Of a stretch of DNA of 64,000 bases, positions 57,296 to 64,000 are shown piece by piece. The notes under the pieces were generated by a model. The model worked only from the letters and a program-made list of their open reading frames with translations, did not search any database and was not told the origin of the DNA. How positions within the stretch are numbered: the first letter of the stretch is position 1; each line of letters starts with the position of its first letter. Source of the DNA: Myxococcota bacterium (GTDB taxonomy: Bacteria > Myxococcota_A > Polyangia > Nannocystales > Nannocystaceae); assembly GCA_039028615.1 (NCBI GenBank), contig JBCCHT010000033.1:82596-146595 (forward strand). Direction: 5' to 3'. The translations under genes and the position numbers were made by a program.

Positions 57296-58612
57296 GTGGC
57301 CGGCCAGACCCTCGAACGCCCGCGTGTGGCGATCGTCGGTGGTGGCATTGCGGGCATGACCACCGCGCTGGGCCTGCAGAGCACCTGCGACGTGGTGCTC
57401 TTCGAAGGCCGCGAGCAGCTCGGCGGCCACATCTTGCCGCACCCGGTCACCGATCCGCAGGGTCGGCCCGCCGCGGTCGACACCGGCTTCGTGGTGTTCG
57501 TGCCCGAGACCTACCGCCAGTTCACCGCGCTGGCGGCATGGCTTCAGGTCGACCACGCCGAGGCGGTCACCAAGTTCCGCATCACCGACGAGCTGCGCTC
57601 GCTGTCCTTCCCCGCCGCCGACCTGCTGCGCTTGTGTGGCAAGCGCCTGCCCAAGGAGTGCCGCCGCGACCTGCTGCGCCTGTATCAGGCCCTGCTCCGC
57701 ATCCGTCGCGAAGGTCTCGACTGGATCGACAACGTCCCGCTGCAGGCGTGGGTCGAGGCGCAGGGCTACCAGACGGAGACGGTCGAGCTGGGCGTCGTGC
57801 CCTGGGTCGCCAGCTTCTGGGGCCTGCAGCCGCAGACCGTCCTCGAGGTCGCCGCTCCCGTCGCGCTGCGTGAGATCACCCGGAACGCGGGGCCCAACCC
57901 CATGCATCGGGTCGTGCCCTCGACCGCGAGCTACCTCGACGCGATGGTCGCCCGCCTCGATCGCACCGAACGTCGTCATGAGCTGGTCACCCGCGTCACG
58001 CTGAACGAAGGGCCGCGGGTCCACACCGCCCGCGCCGACGAGGCCTTCGATCGGGTGGTGGTCGCCGTCGACGCCATCGATGCCCGGCGCCTGCTCGTCG
58101 ACGCCTCCGCCGACACCCACGCGCTGCTCGACGTCTTTCGCTACGAGCCCACCGTCGCCGTGGTGCACCGAGATCCGCGCTACCTGCCCGAAGACAAGGC
58201 GCAGTGGTGCACCTTCCATCACCGCCGCCGACGCGACCACGACCGGATTCGCTCGGTCACCACCTGGGTCCTCGACCTGCTGCACGAGTGGCACGCCGAC
58301 CCCGAGGCCATCGGTGAGCCCACCCTGCTCACCACCGGGGACCGCGACCTCGTCGACAAAAACCTGCTCGACCCCGCCAAGACGCTCGCCGTCTACCGGC
58401 ATCGACACCTCGTCTCGACCCCCGCCGTGCTCGATGCCGTGGCCCGGCTGCCGCAGGCCGACGAGGGACGACCCTTCACCCTGGCCGGCTCCTACCTTCG
58501 AATGGGCGGCCTCCACGAGGACGCGCTCGTCTCGGGCGTGCGCGCAGCCGACAAGGTCCGAGCCGAGCTCGGCCTGCCGCCCTTCACCTGGCCCTGGGCC
58601 CCCGCGGAGTGA
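57296..58612 (+). CDS. FAD-dependent oxidoreductase (COG2907 / amine oxidase-like)
   Basis: RVAIVGGGIAG, LFEGREQLGGH, VDTGFVVF..TY, LAGSY..GLHEDALVSG. Confidence 0.85.
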   Translation: MAGQTLERPRVAIVGGGIAGMTTALGLQSTCDVVLFEGREQLGGHILPHPVTDPQGRPAAVDTGFVVFVPETYRQFTALAAWLQVDHAEAVTKFRITDELRSLSFPAADLLRLCGKRLPKECRRDLLRLYQALLRIRREGLDWIDNVPLQAWVEAQGYQTETVELGVVPWVASFWGLQPQTVLEVAAPVALREITRNAGPNPMHRVVPSTASYLDAMVARLDRTERRHELVTRVTLNEGPRVHTARADEAFDRVVVAVDAIDARRLLVDASADTHALLDVFRYEPTVAVVHRDPRYLPEDKAQWCTFHHRRRRDHDRIRSVTTWVLDLLHEWHADPEAIGEPTLLTTGDRDLVDKNLLDPAKTLAVYRHRHLVSTPAVLDAVARLPQADEGRPFTLAGSYLRMGGLHEDALVSGVRAADKVRAELGLPPFTWPWAPAE

Positions 58613-59070
58613 GCATGTCCAAGCTCGTCTACATGTCCACCCTGAACCAGGATCACCGCGATGCGCTCGAGCAGATCCTGTTCTTCAACGCCAACCAAAG
58701 CCGCTCATCGGCCGCAGTGGAGCTGGTGGCCAAGCTCTACGGCGTTCCGCGGATCCAGCTCGTCGGCGACCGCCTGAGCGTCGATCTGGCCTCCACCACG
58801 CAGAGCCAGACGCTGTTCGCCGTCATGCGCAAAGGGGCGGTCGATCACCCCGCGGGCGTGGCCGTTTTCACGCGCGAGGACGACGCATTCGTAGTGCTCT
58901 TCGTGGCCGTCCACGAGAAGTTCTCCAGCCGCGGCAAACAAGCCAAAGCGCGCGTGCTGATGCACATGACCAATGAAGTCAAGGCGATCGCCCGGAGGGT
59001 CAAGGGCGTGTCTTGCCTGCGGGTCTATCTCGGCCGCCCCGAGCCCATCCGGCTGCGCGTCGACAAGTGA
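58609..59070 (+). CDS. Hypothetical protein, possible GNAT-like fold
   Basis: QTLFAV..GVAVFTRE..VVLFVAVHEKFS..ARRVKGV..LRVY; GTGA overlap with upstream gene. Confidence 0.6.
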   Translation: MSMSKLVYMSTLNQDHRDALEQILFFNANQSRSSAAVELVAKLYGVPRIQLVGDRLSVDLASTTQSQTLFAVMRKGAVDHPAGVAVFTREDDAFVVLFVAVHEKFSSRGKQAKARVLMHMTNEVKAIARRVKGVSCLRVYLGRPEPIRLRVDK

Positions 59071-59207
59071 GTTCACCGAGGTCGTGGGCTCGGGGTCCTG
59101 GCCCGCGGACGGCCGTTCTCAGGGGCGGATCTGCCACGATGGACCGGGGCGTACACGAGCCTTCCGGGGTGCTTGTCTCGGGCCCGGCAGCGGTGTAATC
59201 ACCAATC

Positions 59208-59435
59208 ATGACCAAGGACGAGTTCATCAAAGAGCTTGCAGAGGTGCTCATGGTAGAGGCGAGCGAGCTGTCGCCCACGACCGAACTCGGCCAGTTCGAG
59301 GCCTGGGATTCCACCGCCGTGCTCAACCTCATCGTGCTGCTCGACGAGCAAGGGGTGCAGGTCGACGAGGAGAAAATCCCCGACTGCAAGACGGTTCAAG
59401 ACGTCATGGACCTCGCTGGCAAAGCGATCGACTGA
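59208..59435 (+). CDS. Acyl carrier protein
   Basis: Acidic 75 aa; WDSTAV phosphopantetheine Ser; TVQDV. Confidence 0.9.
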   Translation: MTKDEFIKELAEVLMVEASELSPTTELGQFEAWDSTAVLNLIVLLDEQGVQVDEEKIPDCKTVQDVMDLAGKAID

Positions 59436-59459
59436 GCAACCCACCGACCGGGGCATTCG

Positions 59460-60515
59460 ATGAAACTCGTTGGAATATCTGCCTGCCTGCCGAAGAACAT
59501 CGCGTACCCCAGCGCTGCCTATAAGCGCTTCAAGCAGTTCGACGTCGACCGCATCGTCGGCAACACGGGCGTCAAGCAAAAGCGGGAAGCCGAGCCCGGC
59601 GTCACCGCGACCGACATGTGCATCAAGGCCGCCGACCAGCTCATCGAGGGGCTCGGTTGGGAGCGCGACTCGATCGACGCCGTGGTCCTGTGCACCACGA
59701 TGCCCGACTACATCACGCCGGCCAGCTCGCACCGCGCCCAGAAGGAGCTCGGGCTCAAGAGCAACTGCTTGGTCTTCGACATCACGCTCGCGTGCTCGGG
59801 CTTCACCCACGGCATGCTGATCTTCCACAGCCTCATCGAGTCGGGGCTGATCAAGCGGGGGATCTTGCTGTGCGGCGAGATGACGACCGACAAGTTCCGG
59901 CCCCGCATCGCCGACACCGAGTACCGCCACGACCTCGCCAACGCCCTGCTCTTCGGTGACGCGGGCACGGCCATCGCGTTGTCCAACGAGGGCCCGCAGC
60001 AGGTCCACGCCAAGACCTTCGGCGCCGACGGCAACGGGCTCGAGGCCATCATCGTCCCCGGCGGCGCAGCGCGTGCCTTCTGGACGCCCGAGCTGTTCGA
60101 CCGCACCCCGGACGAAGAAGGCGACGAGCGACGCCCCATCGACCTCATCCTCCGCGGGCCGCAGGTGCTCACCTTCACCATGAAGCGGGTGCCGCCCATG
60201 GTGCAGGCCCTGCTCGACGAAGCCGAGTGGACCCGGGACGACATCGATGCCTACGTCCCGCACCAGGCGAACAAGTTCATGATCGACTTCCTCGCGCGGC
60301 GCATGAAGCTGCCCAAGGACAAGATCCTCATGTCCATCGAGGAGTACGGCAACACCTCCAGCGCCTCGATCCCGCTGACCATGCTCAGCCGCGGCGGCGA
60401 CCTGCTCAGCAAGCCCACCAAGTGGGCGCTCATGGGCTTCGGCGTGGGTCTTTCGTGGTCCGGTCTGCTGATGGAGACCGACGAGATCAAGACGATGCCC
60501 ATCATCGAGATCTGA
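59460..60515 (+). CDS. Ketoacyl-ACP synthase III (FabH-like)
   Basis: FDITLACSG (Cys), LFGDAG, PHQAN (His), YGNTSSASIP (Asn), GFGVGLSW. Confidence 0.92.
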   Translation: MKLVGISACLPKNIAYPSAAYKRFKQFDVDRIVGNTGVKQKREAEPGVTATDMCIKAADQLIEGLGWERDSIDAVVLCTTMPDYITPASSHRAQKELGLKSNCLVFDITLACSGFTHGMLIFHSLIESGLIKRGILLCGEMTTDKFRPRIADTEYRHDLANALLFGDAGTAIALSNEGPQQVHAKTFGADGNGLEAIIVPGGAARAFWTPELFDRTPDEEGDERRPIDLILRGPQVLTFTMKRVPPMVQALLDEAEWTRDDIDAYVPHQANKFMIDFLARRMKLPKDKILMSIEEYGNTSSASIPLTMLSRGGDLLSKPTKWALMGFGVGLSWSGLLMETDEIKTMPIIEI

Positions 60516-60533
60516 GCGCGGACCCGCGCGAAC

Positions 60534-60575
60534 GCAAAAAGGCGGCGCACCTCCGAGGAGGTCGCCGCCTTTTGC
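60534..60575. terminator. Bidirectional intrinsic terminator
   Basis: GCAAAAAGGCGGCG-c-ACCTCC-ga-GGAGGT-CGCCGCCTTTTGC, A/T tracts on both sides, between convergent KASIII and fabZ. Confidence 0.85.
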
Positions 60576-60601
60576 ATGGGCTCACGGGCGCTCGGTCGCG
60601 C

Positions 60602-61051
60602 TCAGGTCTTCATCTTTTCCTTGGGCACGAAGCCCGCGGTGATGATGGCCGTGCAGATGATGTCCTCGCCCTTGCGGATGGTGCCCTCGAAGCGGCCGAT
60701 CCGACCCATGCGAAGCGTCTTCACGTGGATGTCGAGCCTGTCGCCGGGCACGGCGGGCGCGATGAAGCGCGCCTTGTCGATGGTCATGAAGAAGCAGTGG
60801 TGCTTGTCCTCGTCGTAGTAGCCACACAGGGCCCCGAGCACGACCGCCGCTTGGGCCATCGACTCGATCTGAATGACCCCGGGCACCACCGGGTTGTCGG
60901 GGAAGTGCCCCTGCAGCAGCGGGTCGCTCCCCGAGATGCACCGATACGCATCGATCGTGCCGGCCTCGGTGTCACACGCAGCGACGCCGTCGATCAGCAG
61001 GAAGGGATACCGATGCGGGAGGATTTCCTTGACCTTGACGATGTCGAGCAT
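60602..61051 (-). CDS. fabZ: 3-hydroxyacyl-ACP dehydratase
   Basis: ILPHRYPFLLID, GHFP..VVPGVIQIESMAQ, ARF..PAVPGDRL. Confidence 0.92.
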   Translation of the reverse strand: MLDIVKVKEILPHRYPFLLIDGVAACDTEAGTIDAYRCISGSDPLLQGHFPDNPVVPGVIQIESMAQAAVVLGALCGYYDEDKHHCFFMTIDKARFIAPAVPGDRLDIHVKTLRMGRIGRFEGTIRKGEDIICTAIITAGFVPKEKMKT

Positions 61052-61160
61052 GGCGAATCGGGCCGCAGAGGGTATCAGTCTCCCCGCGGACGGGCGAGTG
61101 CGGTAGGCTCGGTTCTCGGGGCAGCAGCTGCGCGCCCCAGACGCAAAGGCCACCTCGAAC

Positions 61161-61796
61161 GTGAACCGCGCGACCGATCTCATCAAGTACATCCGCACTC
61201 GAATGTGGCTGCAAACGCAGTGGCCAGACCCCGAGTTGGTCTACGAGCACGGAGGCATGTTCGCGATCGCGGCGCTGCTGCATCAGACCTCGAGCCCCAC
61301 CGTCACCAAGGAAGTCCTCGCCCGTTTCGGCGCCGACATCCACCCCGATTGCTGGCCGATCGGTCCGAATCTCACGCTGCACGAGTACGGGGAGGACTTC
61401 TCCAACCTCACCGTGGGGCCCTTCGTGCACATCGGCAAGGAGGTCTTCTTCGACCTCACCGAGCGGGTCATCATCGAGGAGAGCGTGGGGATTGGGATGC
61501 GTACGGTGGTGCTGACGCACCTGATCTTGGGGGACTATCCGAACAAGCCGTTGTCGCGGCTTTATCCGAAGAAGCGGAAGCCTACGATCTTTCGGCGGGG
61601 GTGCTCGATTGGGGCGGGGTGTGTGATTGCTTCGGGGGTGGAGATTGGGGAGGACTCCAGTGTGAATGCTGGGGTGTTGGTGGATCGGGATGTGCCGCCG
61701 CGTACGGTGGTGCACAGTAGTCGGCAGCGGAAGCCGGTGCGGTTGCCGGATCGGTTCTTTAGTACGCCGTTGCCCGATAAGGCGGCGAAGAAGTAG
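61161..61796 (+). CDS. Hexapeptide (LbH) acyltransferase
   Basis: LTVGPFVHIG, VIIEESVGIG..VLTH, IGAGCVIASGVEIGEDSSVNAGVLVDRDVP. Confidence 0.85.
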   Translation: MNRATDLIKYIRTRMWLQTQWPDPELVYEHGGMFAIAALLHQTSSPTVTKEVLARFGADIHPDCWPIGPNLTLHEYGEDFSNLTVGPFVHIGKEVFFDLTERVIIEESVGIGMRTVVLTHLILGDYPNKPLSRLYPKKRKPTIFRRGCSIGAGCVIASGVEIGEDSSVNAGVLVDRDVPPRTVVHSSRQRKPVRLPDRFFSTPLPDKAAKK

Positions 61797-62119
61797 GGCT
61801 TGGGCGGAGCGGGGTGCTTCGCGGAGGGTGGTGAGAAGTTCGAGCGGGGGGCTTGCCTGCTTAACGGCTGGAGCCCTTCCCGCTCGTACTCGCGGCGATG
61901 TGGCGGCGGGGTGCTTGTAGAGGCACCTCGGCGCCGCTGCGTGCGAGCGGGCCCCTTCCATCCTGCGCGGCTTCGCTTCAGCCCTCCCCGCACGTCTTCT
62001 CCCGTTCGGGCGAACGAGAGTAGGCACTGCTGAGGCGACGGGTGGCTTGCTTCGCGAAGGCCGGCGGCTCCGGTGCGGGCGGTGGTGGGAGCTGCTTTGT
62101 TGCCTAGGTGCGCGGTGGG

Positions 62120-62935
62120 TCAGCCGTCTTTTTTGGGGGGGCCGACTTTGGGGTCGAAGACTCTCGCCTTTTCGCTCTCGTTGAGCTCGTCGTTGAGGAT
62201 GATCTCGACTTTGGCGAGCTTCCAGTCGCCGTTTACGGCGGAGACGCGGACTCGGTATTGGCGGTTGTGGATGAGGAGGCGGGCGCGGGCGTTCCACCAG
62301 TTCCACACGGTGACGTTGTCGTCGGGCTTTTCGATCTTGGGCTCGCCGGGGAGCTCGAGGCCGGCGATGGCCAGGGCTTTGCGGGGATCGAAATCGCCTT
62401 CGCCGGGGATGCCCTCGAAGGCGATGCCGCTGACTTTGCCGTCTTCGTAGATGACGTGGATGACTTTGAAGTTGTTGGTCTTGTCCGAGTAGCGCTGGAA
62501 GGCGAACTTGCAGGCGAACCAGGTGCGCTCGGGGATGTAGCGGACGCAGTGGTCACGCATGCCGCCCTTGGACTCTGGCAGGGGTGGGCCGAGGAAGGAC
62601 TCGGCTTTGGGGGGGTCCTGACCGAGGATGTCGACCAAGGGGAGCGGAGCGGAGGCGAGCACCTTGCCCAGCGGTTGTCCGTCTTTGTGCTTGGTCGGGA
62701 TCGCGGGCTTTTTCTTGGGCTTGGCGGGCGCCTTGGCGTCGGCCGTCTTGCCCTCGGCGGTCTTGCCTTCGGCTGCCTTGGCCGGGGCGGCTTTGCCTGC
62801 CTCGGCCGGAGCTTTGCCCGGCTTGGCGGCGCCCGTCTTGGGCGGGACTTGGCCGTAGGGGTCGGCCGAGCACGCCAGGAGCAGGGACGTGAAGAAAAAC
62901 AACGAAGGGGTCGAGCCACGAAGCCGCCGCGACAT
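62120..62935 (-). CDS. Hypothetical lipoprotein
   Basis: Lipobox LLAC, Ala/Lys/Pro linker, globular C-terminal domain. Confidence 0.75.
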   Translation of the reverse strand: MSRRLRGSTPSLFFFTSLLLACSADPYGQVPPKTGAAKPGKAPAEAGKAAPAKAAEGKTAEGKTADAKAPAKPKKKPAIPTKHKDGQPLGKVLASAPLPLVDILGQDPPKAESFLGPPLPESKGGMRDHCVRYIPERTWFACKFAFQRYSDKTNNFKVIHVIYEDGKVSGIAFEGIPGEGDFDPRKALAIAGLELPGEPKIEKPDDNVTVWNWWNARARLLIHNRQYRVRVSAVNGDWKLAKVEIILNDELNESEKARVFDPKVGPPKKDG

Positions 62936-62972
62936 GGCGCGCAGGGTACCGCATGCTATGGTCCGAGGCCGC

Positions 62973-63054
62973 GCGAGCCTGGCGGAACTGGTAGACGCGC
63001 TGGATTTAGGTTCCAGTGCCGCAAGGTGTGGGGGTTCGAGTCCCCCGGCTCGCA
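62973..63054 (+). tRNA. tRNA-Leu (anticodon TAG)
   Basis: Acceptor GCGAGCC/GGCTCGC+A; D-loop TGGTAGA; anticodon arm CTGGA-TT TAG GT-TCCAG; long variable arm; GGTTCGAGTCC; CCA not encoded. Confidence 0.97.
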
Positions 63055-63061
63055 CTCAGTG

Positions 63062-63093
63062 AAGGCCCCGTGGGACTGCCTGCGGGGCCTTTG
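63062..63093 (+). terminator. Hairpin/terminator after tRNA
   Basis: AAGGCCCCG...CGGGGCCTT stem followed by TGT. Confidence 0.6.
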
Positions 63094-63149
63094 TCGTGCG
63101 ACCGGTCGATTCGTGTGCTGTTGGTGTGCTGTGCGTCGGGGCCGCGAGG

Positions 63150-63259
63150 TTCGAGAGCATCCACGGCGGACCGAGGCGCCGAAGGAGCCAGGTGAGCGTA
63201 GCGCAGGGTCATGTCGATGGTGGCGTGCCCTAGAAATCCCGAACGACCTCGAGCGGGAG
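63150..63259 (-). pseudogene. Tyrosine integrase C-terminal remnant
   Basis: LPLEVVRD / (1-nt frameshift) / FLGHATIDMTLRYAHLAP..AVDALE, i.e. the H..Y catalytic box; rest of gene absent; points toward the tRNA 3' end. Confidence 0.75.
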
Positions 63260-63314
63260 GTGTCACGTCTCTACACCTCTTGGCAGTGGTCTTGTCACCC
63301 CTGCCCGCATAGCC

Positions 63315-63863
63315 TTGAAACCACGCTCGCCCCTGTCGAGAACCCTGAGGGACTCCTCCTCGATCGCTCCCAAGCCAGGCTCCCGAGACCTCGTGTTCCA
63401 CTTCACTGCCAACCTCAAGCCCTATACCTTCTCCGAGCGCCCCACCTCTGAGCGCTTCGATGCCTATCTGCTCTCGGCGGACTACGCGTCAGCCCACCGC
63501 GAGCTCGCGGCCCAGGTACGCGGGGAGGGGCGGACGCTGGTGGCCGACAACGGCAACGTCGACCTCATGCGTGAGTTCATGACGAGGTTCCGCCAGGAAG
63601 CCAGGCCCTTGACCGAGGCCCGGCGTGCCCATGAGGAAACCTTGGGCCACTACGCGCGCCCAGGGGAACTCCCTCGAGCACTGCGCGCGGCGTTCTCGGA
63701 TCTAGCGATGAAAGTCGCAGCCGCCAGCCAGGTCACGGTCACCGAAGCGCATGCTCGACATGCCCTCGAGCGTCAAGCAGCCATGGTCCCCGACTTCCTC
63801 ATCGGGATGGAAGATCTGACCCTGGCCACGCTCACGAGTCTGAGCATCGAACCAGAATACTAG
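63315..63863 (+). pseudogene. IS-truncated ORF, possible TGT/DpdA-like TIM-barrel N-terminus
   Basis: AYLLSA..TLVADNGN..ERQAAMVPDFLIGMED; its stop TAG coincides with the first bases of the IS terminal repeat. Confidence 0.45.
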
Positions 63864-64000
63864 ACCTGCCCCGATTTGGTGGACACCCAAGGAAAGAGGA
63901 AAATGGGTTCACCAGTGGCACGGAAGAGAAGAAAGCGGCGAAAATTCACTGACGAGTATCGGGCAGAGGTCGTCCGGCTCGTCGAGACCTCCGACAAGAG
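63861..64000 (+). mobile_element. IS3-family insertion sequence, left end (runs off window)
   Basis: Terminal TAGACCTGCCCCGATTTGGTGGACACC (IS2/IS3-like IR); AGAGGA RBS; OrfA from 63903 MGSPVARKRRKRRKFTDEYRAEVVRLV (HTH_Tnp_1-like). Confidence 0.85.

Noticed and set aside
62936..63401. ORF 63006-63401 (-) as an intact gene, and the N-terminal extension of 62120-63055
   Set aside because: Both run antisense through the tRNA; only ~35 codons are integrase-like and they are frameshifted

Overview
High-GC bacterial DNA, most likely a myxobacterium of the Nannocystaceae/Plesiocystis type (inferred from many lipoproteins, an ECF sigma + TPR Ser/Thr kinase pair, a Myxococcus Cys-rich repeat protein and multiheme cytochromes). 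It holds about 55 densely packed CDS, including ligA, gabD, erpA and fabZ, plus a tRNA-Leu(TAG). After the tRNA come an integrase relic, an IS-truncated ORF and the left end of an IS3-family element, which together look like the start of an island. Most notable: (1) an AhpD/CMD-type selenoprotein with in-frame TGA in CxxU and a clear SECIS hairpin (50982-51587); (2) a polymorphic toxin + SUKH/SMI1 immunity module whose C-terminal tip looks like an atypical deaminase fold (CAA..AExW..CxxC) (31590-35027); (3) a compact halogenase/desaturase/FAD-oxidoreductase/GNAT-like/ACP/KASIII/FabZ/acyltransferase lipid-tailoring cluster (54443-61796); (4) an abrupt 1.4-kb zone of + strand C depletion at synonymous sites, surrounding a structured intergenic element (61484-62900); (5) an OmpA-metalloprotease fusion with a coupled lipoprotein; (6) a protein made of 15 in-register octapeptide repeats. 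All family calls come from motif recognition by eye; no database searches were run.
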